Origin: Thermodesulfobacteriota bacterium
GTDB taxonomy: Bacteria > Desulfobacterota_D > UBA1144 > Nemesobacterales > Mycalebacteriaceae
Length of the DNA stretch: 64,000 bases
Assembly (NCBI GenBank): GCA_965205855.1
Contig: OZ242184.1
Location: 448,001-512,000 of the forward strand
Direction of reading: 5' to 3'
Under the pieces are notes generated by a model that was given only the letters and a program-made list of their open reading frames with translations, was not told the origin of the DNA and did no database searches. A program made the position numbers and the translations under genes. Below are positions 40,748 to 55,700 of the stretch, piece by piece; the first letter of the stretch is position 1; every line of letters begins with the position of its first letter.

Positions 40748-43700
40748 ATGTTAACTCGCCTGAGGGTGATGGTCAGTTTCTGCCTGCTGGTGCTCTTCTC
40801 GCTGGGGCTATCGGCAACCGCGGCCCATGCACTCCACCAGTCGACTAATCCGAGAATCTTAGGAGGCAACAACCCGGTGGAGGGTCAGGCCCTGAGCGCA
40901 TCGATAAGTAATGCCCTGACCGGTCATAGTGTGGGATCCAACCTCGAAGTCTATCGCTGGGAGCGTTCGAGTCCTGGTAGTAGTAGTGGTTTCATTAGTA
41001 TCCCAGGTTTTCGCGCGGGCAATAACAACTACGCCCCGACCCAGTCCGACGTGGGCAGATTTCTCCGAGCGCGTGTCACATTTACTGACAGTCTCACCGG
41101 AGGTGTGACTAGTAGAATAGTCGGTCCCACGTCCAGGGTGGTGGCCAATGCCAATGACGACCCCAGAGGGTTGGCCATCGCTGGTGTCCCGGTTCTGGGT
41201 CAGGAACTGACGGCGAATACCTCCCGCCTTGCCGATGAAGATGGTCTGCCCAACCCGTCCGAATTCACCTATCAATGGAATACGCGGGTCGGCACCACGG
41301 ACACGCCGATTCCCAACGCGACCTCCAGAACCTACACCCTGACCCAGTCCGAGCTCGGTAAGAGAATCACCCTGACCCTCCGCTATACCGATAGTTTTAA
41401 CACGCAGGAGAGTACGACTAGTGCTGCTACGGCGGAGGTGCGCCTCAATGACCCGCCCAGCGGGTTGACCATCGCCGGTGCCCTGACCGTGGGTGAGGAG
41501 CTGACGGCGGATACCTCTACCCTTGCCGATGAAGATGGTCTGCCGGCTGAGTCCGAGTTCAGCTATCAATGGCGGGCCGATGGCGTGGACATCGCCAACG
41601 CCACCGACCGTAGCTATGTCCTGACCCCGGCCAATATCGGCAGTCAGATCACCGTGACCCTCAGCTACACCGATAACCTTAGCAAGCAGGAGAGCCTGAC
41701 CAGCCCGGCCCGTGGCCCGGTGCAGTCTGACAATAATGCGCCGACCATCACGGGCACTCCGCCCGTGGCACAAGTGGGCGCGTCCTACAGTTTCATGCCG
41801 GTGGGCGAGGATGCGGATGGCGATACGCTGATCTATACCCTCAGCGGCGCACCCGGCTGGCTTAGTATCAACCCCACCACCGGAGCCCTGACCGGCACGC
41901 CGGGCAACGCCGATGTCGGCACCACCACAGGGATTGTGATCGACGTTACCGACGGCATCATCGCCGCGCCGGTGGAACTGGCGTTTGCGCTCACCGTCAA
42001 TGGCCCGCCCACCGGCGAGGTGATCATCCTGGATAGTGGCCGACCGATCGTGGGTCAGGTTCTGACAGCGGATGCCTCCGGCCTTGGCGATGCCAATGGT
42101 CTGTCCGACCGATCCGCGTTCAGCTACCAATGGTTTGCGGACAGCGCGCCGATCAGGGGAGCGAACCTGCGCACCTACACCCCGGACGAGGTAGGCGAGG
42201 TAATTTTCGTGATTGTCAGCTATACCGATGACGATGGCGTGGATGAGGACGTGTCCAGTGCGAGCATCAGGGTGTTCAACCAACTGCCCACCGCGGATGC
42301 CGGTCCGAATCAGAGCTTGAGCAAAGGCACAGAAGTCACGCTTGATGGCAGTGGCAGTTCCGATCCCGAGGGCGCGAGCCTGACCTATCTCTGGTCGCAG
42401 GTTGACGGCACTACGGTGACTTTAAGCAGTACGACGGCAGCACGGCCAACGTTCACCATACCAAACCTGATACCGACAGATGATCCGGACTCGCTTACTT
42501 TCAGTCTGGTCGTCTCTGACGTGCATGATGCATCGTCCACCAACGAGGAAACCGTCAGAATTTTTATCAGACCGCTGTTTCGGGAAGCCATTGCCGATCA
42601 AACCTACAACCTGGGCAATGAGATTGATGATCTGATGTTGCCTGCGGCACTGACGCAAGAGGGCACCTCGGGGGATGTCTATGCGCTGTCCTCTGTGCCC
42701 GCCGGGCTCTCCTTTGATCCTGCCACCCGCATATTGTCCGGTACGCCGACAGTGCTTGGGATGTTTGGCTTGACCTACACCGTAACGACTGCGGACGGTG
42801 GAACCGATACACTGGAATTTTCCATCACCATCACTGCGGTCAACAACCCGCCCACAGGCGTGGTGACCATCGATGGCATTTTGACCGAGGATGAAGTCCT
42901 GACGGCAAACACCTCCACCCTTGCCGATGAAGATGGTCTGCCCGCTGAGTCCACATTCACCTATCAATGGCTTGCGGATGGCGTGGAGATTCCCGGTGCG
43001 ACCCTGCGCACCTACATCCTGACCTCGGACGAGGCCGGTAAGACCATCAGCCTGGTCGTCCGCTATACCGATCTTCGGAGTAGTGAAGAGGAAGTGACCA
43101 GCGCACCGCGGGGGCCGATGAATACCCCGCCGATCATCAGCGGCATCCCCGCCACCACGGTGGCCGAAGACAGCGAATACAACTTCACACCGGAGGGCAT
43201 GGATGCGGATGGCGATACCTTGGTGTATGCCATCACGGTCACACCCGACTGGGCCGATTTCAACCCCGTCACGGGGGCACTGACCGGCACGCCCACCAAC
43301 GATGATGTCGGCACCACCACCACAGGAATTGTGATCAGCGTGACCGACGGCATCATCGCCGCGCCGGTGGAACTGCCGGCGTTTAACCTCACCGTGACCA
43401 ACACCAACGACGCGCCCACCGGCACGGTGATCATCCGCGGTAACCTGGTCATGGGCGAGGAACTGACGGCGGATACCTCTGCGCTGGGCGATGAGAATGG
43501 TCTGCCCGCTGAGTCCACATTCACCTATCAATGGAATACGCGGGACGGCGCCACGGACACACCGATTCTCGGTGCGACCCTGCGCACCTACACCCTGACT
43601 CCGAACGAGGTTGACCGGGTGATCACCGTGCTCGTCCGCTATACCGATGATGATGGCACGGCTGAGCGCGTGACCAGCGCACCGCGTGGGCAGGTGGTAG

Positions 43701-46700
43701 GCAGCAACGAAGCGCCGACCATCGGCGGCACGCCCGCCACCACGGCGGCCGAAGACAGCGAATACCGCTTCACACCGGAGGGCATGGATGCGGATGGCGA
43801 TACCCTGACCTATACCATCGACAACCGTCCCGCCTGGGCCCTGTTTAACTCCGCCACCGGGGCACTGACCGGCACGCCCACCAACGATGATGTTGGCACC
43901 ACCACCACAGGAATTGTGATCAGCGTGACCGACGGCATCATCGCCGCGCCGGTGAAACTGCCGGAGTTTGACCTCAGAGTGACCAACACCAATGACGCGC
44001 CCACCGGCACGGTGACCATCACCGGCAGCCTGACAATGGGCGGAGAACTGACGGCGGATACTTCCACCCTTGCCGATGAGGATGGTCTGCCCGCTGAGTC
44101 CACATTCCGCTATCGGTGGCGGGCGAATGGTATATCTATTCCCGGCGCGACCGCGACCATGCGCACCTACAGACTGACCGCAGCCGAAGTGGGTGCGGAA
44201 ATCAGCGTGAGGGTGAGCTACTTCGATCTCTTCTTCACGGCTGAGCGCATAACCAGTGAACCGCGGGGACCGGTGGTCGGCACCAATGAAGCGCCGACCA
44301 TCGGCGGCACGCCCGCCACCACGGCGGCCGAAGACAGCGAATACCGTTTCACGCCTGTGGGCGGAGATGCGGATGGCCATACCCTGATCTATACAATCGA
44401 CAACCGTCCCGACTGGGCCGACTTCAACCCCGCCACCGGGGCACTGACCGGCACGCCCACCAACGATGATGTCGGCACCACCACAGGAATTGTGATCAGC
44501 GTGACCGACGGCATCATCGCCGCGCCGGTGTCATTGCCGGCCTTTTTTATCACCGTCATCAACACCAATGACCCGCCCACCGGCGAGGTGACCATCGCCG
44601 GTAACCCGATCCTGGGCGAGGAACTGACGGCGGATACCTCTGCCCTTGCCGATGACGACGGTCTGCCCAACCCTGCCACATTCACCTATCAATGGTTTAC
44701 GCGGGACGGCACCACGGACACGCCAATCTTAGGCGCGATGATGCGCACCTACACCCTGACCCCGGACGAGGTCGACAAGCAGATTGGCGTGAGGCTGTCC
44801 TACATAGACGACCGCGGCACCCGGGAGTCCCTGGACGCCGTCACCGGCGGTTCCGTCTCTGAAATCAACCTTCCTCCCACCGGCGCGGTGACCATCCGCG
44901 GCACCCTGACCACGGGTGAGGAACTGACGGCGGATACCTCTGCGCTGGGCGATGAGAATGGTCTGCCCGCTGAGTCCACATTCACCTACCAATGGCTTGC
45001 GGATGACACGGAGATTTCCGGTGCGACCGGGCGCACCTACAGGCTGACCCCGAACGAGCTCAACCGGGTGATCACCGTGCTCGTCCGCTATACCGATGAT
45101 GATCGCGCGGCTGAGCGCGTGACCAGCGCACCGCGTGGGCCGGTGGTCGGCAGCAACCAAGCGCCGACCATTGGCGGCACGCCCGTCACCATGGTGGCCG
45201 AAGACAGCGAATACCGCTTCACGCCGGAGGGCATGGATGCGGATGGCAATACCCTGACCTATACCATCGACAACCGTCCCGCCTGGGCCGACTTCGACTT
45301 CGACCCCGACACCGGGGAACTGACCGGCACGCCCGGCAACGCCGATGTCGGCACCACCACCGGAATTGTGATCGGCGTGACCGACGGCATCATCGCCGCG
45401 CCGGTGGAACTGCCGGCCTTTGACATCACCGTGACCAACACCAACGACGCGCCCACCGGCGGGGTGACCATCACCGGCAGCCTGACAATGGGCGGAGAAC
45501 TGACGGCGGATACTTCCACCCTTGCCGATGCCGATGGTCTGCCCGCTGAGTTCACATTCACCTATCAATGGAATACGCGGGACGGCGCCACGGACACGCC
45601 GATTTCCGGCGCGACTCTGCGCACCTACACCCCGACCCAGGACGAGGTCGACCAGATACTCAGCGTGCTCGTCCGCTATACCGACGATGATGGCGCGACT
45701 GAGAGCGTGACCAGCGCACCGCGAGGGCCGGTGGTCAATGCCAATGACGCGCCGACCATTGACGGCACGCCCGTCACCACGGTGGCCGAAGACAGCGAAT
45801 ACAGCTTCACGCCGGTGGGCATGGATGTGGATGGCAATTTCCTGACCTACGCCATCAGCGGCGCACCCGGCTGGCTCAGCATCGACCCCGCCACGGGGGA
45901 ACTGACCGGCACGCCAACCAACGATGATGTCGGCACCACCACAGGAATTGTGATCAGCGTGACCGACGGCATCATCGCCGCGCCGGTGGAACTGCCGGCG
46001 TTTGACCTCACCGTGACCAACACAAACGACGCGCCCACCGGCGCGGTGACCATCAGCGGCATCCTGACTATGGGCGAGGAACTGACGGCGGATACCTCCA
46101 CCCTTGCCGATGATGATGGTCTGCCCGAGCCGTCCACGTTCACCTATCAATGGCTTGCGGATGGCGTGGAGATTCCGGGTGCGACCCTGCGCACCTACAC
46201 TCTGCCCCCGGACGAGGTCGGTCAGACCATCAGCCTGGTCGTCCGCTATACCGATGCTGGTGGCGAGGCGGAGAGCGTGACCAGCACACCGCCGAGGCGG
46301 GTGAATACCCCGCCGACCATTGGCGGCACGCCCGCCACCACGGTGGCCGAAGACAGCGAATATAGCTTCACGCCGGTGGGCATGGATGTGGATGACGATG
46401 ATACCCTGACCTACACCATCAGCGGCGCGCCCGGCTGGCTCAGCATCGACTCCGACACCGGGGCACTGACCGGCACGCCCACCAACGACGATGTCGGCAC
46501 CACCACTGGTATTGTGGTCGGCGTTACCGACGGCATCGCCGCGCCGGTGGAACTGCCGGCGTTTGACCTCAGCGTGACCAACACCAACGACCCGCCCACC
46601 GGCGGGGTGACTATCAGCGGCATCCTGACTGCGGGCGAGTTACTGACGGCGGATACCTCTGCCCTTGCCGATGACGATGGTCTGCCCGACGAGTCCACAT

Positions 46701-49700
46701 TCACCTATCAATGGCTTGCGAATGGCGAGGAGATTACCGAGGATGCGACCGGGCGCACCTACTCCCTGACCCGGAGCCAGCACGGTCAGACCGTCAGCCT
46801 GGTTGTCCGCTATACCGATCTTCGGGGTAGTGAAGAGGAAGTGACCAGCGCACCGCAGGGGCCGGTGAATACCCCGCCCACCGCCAATGCCGGTGCAAAT
46901 CAGACTGTGAGCAAGGGCACAGAAGTCACGCTGAATGGCACTGGCAGTATCGATATCGATCTCACGAGCCTGACCTATCTCTGGTCGCAGACTGCCGGTG
47001 CCACGGTGGCTTTAAGCAGTACGACGGTAGCACGGCCAACGTTTACCATACCAAACCTGATACCGACAGATGGCCCGGACTCGCTTACTTTCAGCCTGGT
47101 CGTCTCTGACGGACTGGCATCCAACGAGGACACTGTCAGAATTTTTATCAGACCGCTGTTTCGGGAAGTCATTGCCAATCAAACCTACAGACTGGGCAAT
47201 GAGATTGATGATCTGATGCTGCCTACGGCACTGACGCAAGCGGGTACCTCGGGGGATGTCTATGCGCTGTCTCCTGTGCCCGCCGGGCTCTCCTTTGATC
47301 CTGCTACCCGCATATTGTCCGGTACGCCGACAGTGCCTGGGATGTTTGGCTTGACCTACACCCTAACGACTGCGAACGGTAGAACCGATAGACTGGAATT
47401 TTCCATCACCGTCCCCGCGCTCAACACCCCGCCCACCGGCGCGGTGACCATCGATGGCATTTTGACCGAGGATGAAGTCCTGACGGCAAACACCTCTGCC
47501 CTTGCCGATGCCGATGGTCTGCCCGACCCGTCCACGTTCACCTATGTATGGCAAAGGCAACGGGCCGGTGATTTCATCCGCACTATCCCCGGCGCGAGAT
47601 CCAACACCTACGTCCTGACCCAGGCCGATGTGGGCGCGGGTATTAGAGTGATTGTCCGCTATACCGATCTTCGGGATAGTGAAGAGCAAGTGACCAGCGC
47701 ACCGCGAGGGCTGGTGGCCAATGTCAACGACCCGCCCACCGGCGCGGTGACCGTCAGCGGCATCCTGACCACGGGTGAGCAACTGACGGCGGATACCTCT
47801 GCCCTTGCCGATGCCGATGGTCTGCCCGACCGGGGCACATTCATCTACCGGTGGATTGCGCGCAGCGGCAACGCGGACAGGACTCTCCTCGGAGGGCCGT
47901 TTGACACCTACACCCTGACCGCCGACGAGGTGGATACGCAAATCAGAGTGACGGTGAGTTACTTCGATTTCTTTGACACGGCTGAGAGCCTGACCAGTGA
48001 ACCGCGTGGGCCGGTGAAGTCTGACAATAGCCCGCCGACCATCGGCGGCACCCCCGCCACCACGGTGGCCGAAGACAGCGCATATAACTTCACGCCGGAG
48101 GGCGGGGATGCGGATGCCGGCGACACGCTGGTGTATGCCATCACGGTCACGCCCGACTGGGCCGACTTCGACCCCGCCACCGGGGCGCTGACCGGCACGC
48201 CCACTAACGATGATGTCGGCACCACCACTGGCATTGTCATCAGCGTCACCGACGGCACCATCGCCACGCCGCTGGAACTGCCGGCGTTTGACCTCACCGT
48301 GACCAATGTCAATGACGTGCCCACCGGCGGTGTGACCATCATCGGTGACCTGACTATGGGCGAGGTGCTGACGGCGGATACCTCTACCCTCGACGATGGC
48401 GATGGTCTGCCCGATGAGTCCGCATTCCGCTATACATGGCAGGCGGATTTCACCACCATACTCAACGCGACCGCGCGTACCTACACCCTGACCCCGGACG
48501 AAGTCGGCAAGAGGATCCTCGTGATCGTCCGCTATACCGATGGTCAGGGCGGGGCGGAGAACCTGTTTAGTGAACTCCGGGGGCCGGTGGTTGGCAGCAA
48601 TAGCCCGCCGACCATCAGCGGCACCCCCGACCTCATGGTGGCCGAAGACAGCCCATACAATTTCACGCCGGGGGGCGGTGATGCGGATGTCGGCGACACC
48701 CTGACCTATACCATCGACAACCGTCCCGCCTGGGCCGACTTCAACCCCGCCACCGGGGCTTTGACCGGCACGCCCGGCAACGACGATGTCGGCACCACCA
48801 CCCGCATTGTCATCAGCGTCACCGACGGCATCATCGCCATGCCGGTGGAACTGCCGGCGTTTGACCTCAGCGTGACCAACACCAACGACCCGGCCACTGG
48901 CACGGTGACCATTGGCGGTATTCCGGTTATGGGCGAGGAACTGACGGCGGATACCTCTGCCCTTGCCGATGACGATGGTCTGCCCGAGCCGTCCACATTC
49001 ACCTATCAATGGCTTGCTAATGGCTTGGAGATTCCCGGCGCGACCGGGCCCACCTACACCCTGACCCCGGCCGAGGTCGGTCAGACCATCAGCGTGGTTG
49101 TCGAGTTCACCGATGACCGGAACACAGTTGAGCGCGTGACCAGCGCACCGCTTGGGCCGGTGGTCAATGCCAATAGCCCGCCGACCATCGGTGGCACCCC
49201 CGCCACCACGGTGGCCGAAGACAGCGAATACCGCTTCACGCCGGAGGGCGGGGATGCGGATGGCAATGTCCTGACCTACGCCCTCAGTGGCGCACCCGGC
49301 TGGCTCAGCTTCAACCCCGCCACCGGGGCGCTGACCGGCACGCCCACCAACGACGATGTCGGCACCACCACCGGCATTGTCATCAGCGTCACCGACGGCA
49401 TCATCGCCACGCCGGTGGCACTGCCGGCGTTTGACCTCAGCGTGACCAACACCAACGACCCGGTCACCGGCGCGGTGACCATCAATGGCATTTTGACCGA
49501 GGATGAGGTACTGACGGCAAACACATCCACCCTTGCCGATGACGATGGTCTGCCCGACGAGTCCACATTCACCTATCAATGGAACACCAGGGACGGCGCC
49601 ACGGACACGCCGATTTCCGGCGCGACCGGGCGCACCTACACCCTGACCCAGAGCGAGGTCGGCAAGCCTGTCACCCTGACGGTCAGCTTCACCGATGACC

Positions 49701-52700
49701 GGAACGCCCCTGAAAGCCGCACCAGCGATGCCACGCAGGTGGTGACCAATATCAATGACGCGCCCACCGGTCGCCTGCGCATCGACGGTCTCCTTGCCCA
49801 GAATGAGGTTCTGACGGCGAATACCGCTGCCCTTGCCGATGAGGATGGTCTGCCCGATGAGTCCACATTCACCTATCAATGGTTTGCGAACGACGGAACC
49901 GCGAGCGAGCAAATCAGCGGCGCCAACATGAGAACCTACACCCTGACCCGGAGCGAGGCGGGCAAGAACATCGTCGTGGAAATCTCCTACCAGGATCTTC
50001 AGGGCGGCAATGAGACGGTGCGAAGCGGCGATTCATTTGGGCCGGTGGCCAGAGTGAATATCCTTCCGATGGTCAGTAGCGTTCCGCCCTTCAGCCGCGA
50101 CCCCGATTCGCCCACCATCTTCAGGGTGTCTCAGGGCGAGTTCTTTTTAATCACCTACACATTCACGGACCCGGATGGCGATCTTTTCGTCCCCTCGGTT
50201 TTTTTCGATACGAGTAGATGGCTCGTGCCCAGAGACCTACCCGGTCACGATTCCGCTAACGGTAACCCTAACGGCAATCCCACCCTTACATTGTCCGGCA
50301 CGCCGGGCAGTGCGGATGTCGGCACCAGATTGGAGGTTGAGAACAGACTCGACCACTTCGAGAATGGCAGACAGCGGATCTTCCTGCCCAGTTTTTTTGT
50401 CGATGTGATTGACAATAACGCGCCGACTATCAGCGGCTCGCCCGCCCCCACGGCGGCCAGAGACAGCGAATACCGCTTCGCGCCGGGGGGCGGGGATGCG
50501 GATGGCGACACCCTGACCTATAGCATCACGGTCACGCCCGACTGGGCCAGCTTCGACCCCGCCACCGGGACTCTGACCGGCACGCCCACCGGCGATGATG
50601 TCGGCACCACCACCACCGGCATTGTCATCAGCGTCACCGACGGTATCATCGCCACGCCGGTGGAACTGCCGGCCTTTGACCTCACCGTGACCAATGTCAA
50701 CGACCCGGCCACCGGCGAGGTGACCATCAGAGGCGTCCTGACTATGGGCGAGGAACTGACGGCGGAGGCCTCGGACTTTGCCGATGACGATGGTCTGCCC
50801 GAGCTGTCCACATTCACCTATCAATGGCTTGCGAATGGCGTGGAGATTCCCGGCGCGACCGGGCGCACCTACACCCTGACCCCGGCCGAGGTCGGTCAGA
50901 CCATCAGCGTGGTTGTCCGCTATACCGATCTTCGGCGCAATGATGAAGAAGTGACCAGCGCACCGAGGGGCCCGGTGGCCGATGCCAATAGCGCACCGAC
51001 CATTGGCGGCACCCCGGACACGGAGGCGGTCGAAGACAGCGCCTACAACTTCACGCCAGAGGGCGAGGATGCGGATGGCGACACACTGACCTATATGATC
51101 GAGAACCTGCCCGCCTGGGCCAGCTTTGAGCCCGCGACCGGGGCGCTGACCGGCACGCCCGGCAACGACGATGTTGGGATGACCACAGGAATTGTGATCA
51201 GCGTTACCGACGGCATCATCGCCACGCCGGTGGAACTGCCGGCCTTTGATCTCACCGTCACCAACACCAATGACCCCGCCACCGGTCGCCCTGGGATAGA
51301 AGTGGGCACGAGCGTGCGGACCCCGTTCGGTGGAGGAGAGCGTTTTATAAGATTTACCGCTTTACCCGAACTCATTGTCGATGAGGATGGTCTGCCCGAA
51401 GAGATTTATGAGGAGGATTTCGTTACCCAACCGGTACGTCCGTTCACCTACCAATGGAATAGGCACGAGGCAGGCGTGGACACGGCGATTCCCGGCGAGA
51501 CCTCAAAATTCTACGATCAGCCCGTTGCCGATTTCGGCGATAGAGTCACCCTGACTGTCGTCAGCTTCACCGATCTTCGGGGTGGCAATGAGGGGCCCCT
51601 GACCAGCGCTCCCGCGTCGGCGATGGGGGTCGATCTGTCTGCCACCGGCGAGGTGACCATCGACGGTGACCTGATCGAGGATCAGACCCTGACGGCAAAT
51701 ACCGAAACCCTTGGCGACCCAAATGGCCTGCCCGACCCGTCCACGTTCACCTATGTATGGCGAAGGCAACCGGCCGGTCAGTTCTCCCGCGCTATCCCCG
51801 GCGCGACATCCAACACCTACGTCCTGACCCAGGCCGATGTGGGCGCGCGTATCAGAGTGATTGTCCACTACACCGATCTTGAGGGCTTTGCTGGCAATGC
51901 ACCCCCCGGGGATAGTGAGGAAGACGTTGAAATTGGGGTAGCCTCTATTTTCCGTGGGCCCGTGGCGAATTTCAGCCACGCCTCCACCGGCGGGGTGAGT
52001 ATCACCAATGCCGACGGAGAGCCGCTCACCGGCGCCCGGGGGGAGCCGCCGCCCGCCGGCGTCCCGCCCCCGGCCGAGGATCAGATGCTGACAGCGGATG
52101 CCTCTGCCATTGAAGATGCGGATGGTCTGCCCGATGAATCCACGTTCACCTATCAATGGAATACGCGCGACGGCGCCACGGACACGCCGATTCCCGGCGC
52201 GACCGGGCGCACCTACACCCTGACCCAGAGCGAGGTCGGCAAGCCCCTCACCCTGAGGGTCAGCTTCATTGATGGCGACGGGACGGAGGAAAATCAGACC
52301 AGTGCGGCAACGGCGGCGGTGACCAATGTCAATGACCTGCCCACCGGCGCGGTGACCATCGACGGCATTTTGACCGACGGCGCGGAACTGACGGCGAACA
52401 TCTCTGCCCTTGAAGATGAGGATGGTCTGCCCGCTGAGTCCGAATTCACCTATGAATGGCGGGCGAATTTCACGCCTATCACCAATGCGACCGGGCGAAC
52501 CTATACCCTGACCCAGGCCGAAGTGGGCAAGAGTATCACCCTGACCGTCCGCTACACTGACCTTCAGGGCGTGGATGAGAGCCTGACCAGCCTTCTTACG
52601 GAGGAGACGGTGCGCAATACCGATGACCCCACCACTGGCGATCTCGGCATCACCGGCGACTCTGTCCAGGGCCAGACCCTGACGGTGGATACCTTCGCCA

Positions 52701-55700
52701 TAATGGATGAGGATGGTCTGGGCACCTTCACTTACGCATGGTTGCGTGGTGGTATTACGTTGGTCTCGACCGAGAGCACCTACACCCTGGTTCAGGCCGA
52801 TGTGGGCACTTCCATGTTCCTGCAAGTCAACCATACCGATGCGCATGGCACCAGCCAGAACCTGGGGTTCGTTAGCACAGTCCCCATCGCCAACATCAAC
52901 GACCCACCCACCGGCGAACTGCGCATCAGCGGCGGGCTGGTAGTGGGCCAGACCCTCAGCGCGGATACTTCCACGCTGGTGGATATCGATGGCCTGCCCG
53001 ATGAGTCCGATTTCATTTATCAATGGCGGGCCAATGGCGTGGATATCACCGACGCCACCGAGTCGGAATACCTGCTGACTGCGGCCAATATCGACGCTCA
53101 GATCAGCCTGAACCTGCGCTACACCGATAATTTTGAGGCGAATGAGTCCATCACCAGCCCGGCCCGTGGCCCGGTGCGGGGGGCGGGCGACAATATCCCG
53201 CCCGACAGCAGCGGTCTGGCGGTCACGACCGATGAGGATACCCCGCATACCTTTGCGGTGGCGGACTTTTCCTTTACCGATACCGACGGCGATAGCCTGC
53301 AAGCAGTGCGCATCGATAGCCTGCCCGCCACTGGCAGCCTGACCCTGAACGGCGTAGCGGTGAGCGCCATGCAAGAGATTGCCACCAGCGCTATCGCCAA
53401 TCTGGTCTATACCCCGGCGTTGAATGCCAACGGCGATGTAACCTTCACCTACAGCGTCTCCGACGGCACTGCCTTCAGCACCCCGCCCGCCAACGCCGCC
53501 ATTACTGTTGCGGCGGTTGAGGATGTGCCCACCACCAGCGGGCTGGCGGTCACGACCGATGAGGATACCCCCCATACCTTTGGGGTGGCGGACTTCAACT
53601 TTAGCGATGGGGATGCCAGCGACAGCCTGCAAGCAGTGCGCATCGATAGCCTGCCTGCCCCCGCCAGCCTGGGCGCGCTGACCCTGAACGGCGCGGCGGT
53701 GAGCGCCGGGCAAGAGATTGCCGCCGGCGCTATCGCCAATCTGGTCTATACCCCGGCGTTGAATGCCAGCGGTAGTCTGAGCTTCACCTTCAGCGTCTCC
53801 GACGGCACTGTCTTTAGTACCCCGCCCGCCACGGCATCCGTCACCGTGACTCCGGTCAATGACCCGCCCACCATTACCGGCAACCCCCGAATCCGCGTGA
53901 CCGAGGACCTTACCTATAACTTCACGCCGGTCGGCGCCGATGTGGATGGCGACCCGCTGGTCTACGCCATCACCAACCTGCCGTCATGGGCCAGTTTCGA
54001 CACCGCAACCGGGGCCTTGACCGGCACCCCCGCCAACGCCGATATCGGCAACTACCCGGACATTATCATCAGCGTCACCGATGGCATCATCACCACGCCG
54101 CTGGACACCTTTGCCATTGAAGTCATCCCCCACGGCACCAATAACCCGCCCACCACCGCCGGGCTCAGGGTCACCACAGCCGAGGATACCCCCTATACCT
54201 TCAGGGAGGCGGACTTCCCCTTTAGCGATCTGGACGCCGGCGATAGACTGCAAGCAGTGATCATCCGCCTCCTGCCCGACTCCGCCAGTGGCAGCCTGAC
54301 GCTGGGTGGTGAAGCGGTGAGCTCCGCGCAGCTGATTGAGGTTGGGGAGATTGGGACTCTGGTGTTCACGCCGGCGGCCAATGTCACCGGCTTTGTTTCC
54401 TTCGCCTACGGAGTCTATGATGGCGAGGATTCTAGTGCAACCTCCGGGATAAATATCTTCATAACCCCGGTCAATGACCCGCCCACCACCAGCGATCTGG
54501 TGGTCACCACAGCCGAGGACACCCCCTATACCTTTGCGGTGGCGGACTTTCCCTTTACCGATGTCGACTCCCTCAATAGCCTGGATAGCCTGCAAGCGGT
54601 GCGCATCGATAGCCTGCCCGCCAGCGCCGACGGCAGCCTGGCGCTGGGCACGGGCACGGGCGCTACGCCGGTTAACATGGCCCAGGTGATTGCCGTTGCC
54701 GATATCCCGACTCTGGTCTATACCCCGGTGACCAATGTCAACGGCCCTGCGACCTTCACCTTCAGCGTCTCCGACGGCACTGCCTTCAGTGCCCCGCCCG
54801 CCACGGCCACCGTCACCCTGACTGCGGTCAATGACCCGCCCACCATCAGCGGCCTCCCCGATACCACCCTGGTGCAAGGGGCGGCCTATAGTTTCACGCC
54901 GCGCGGCAGCGATGTGGACGGCGACCCGCTGGAATACGCCATCACCAATACGCCAAGCTGGGCTACTTTCAGCACCACGACCGGGGCCTTGACCGGCACG
55001 CCACAGAGCACCGATGTCGGTACCACCATGGGCATTATCATCAGCGTCACCGATGGCAACATCACCACGCCGGTAGCCCTTGGCGCCTTCGCCATCGAAG
55101 TCACCGCCACCGCTGGCACCAATATGCCGCCCATCGCCAATGCCGGTGCAAATCAGCGGGTGAGCAAGGGCACAGAAGTCACGCTGAATGGCACGGGCAG
55201 TGACGACCCTGACGGCGATAATGCAAACCTGATCTATCTTTGGGAACGGACTGCCGGCCCCACCGAGGTGACTTTAAGCAGTACGGCAGCCGCCCAGCCA
55301 ACCTTCACCATTCCAACCCTGATACCGACATCTGGCCCGGACTCCTACACTTTTAGTCTGGTCGTTAGCGACGGGCAGGCATCGTCCGCCGCCGCCACCG
55401 TCCAAATCTTTATCAGACCGCTGTTTCGGGCAAGCATTGCTAATCAGACCTACAGCGAGGGCAATGCAATTACGCCTATAACTTTGCCCGAGGCGCGGGA
55501 AGGGCCCGATTCATTGCCGAGTACCAATACCTATACGCTGACGCCTACTCCTCTGCCGGCTGGACTGGCCTTTAATGCTACCAGCCGCATACTGTCTGGT
55601 ACGCCGACCAGCGTCGGAACCTTTGACCTGACCTACACCGCGACGAACCAGGTCAATGACACGGATTCACTGAGCTTTAGCATTGAAGTGACCACCCCCC

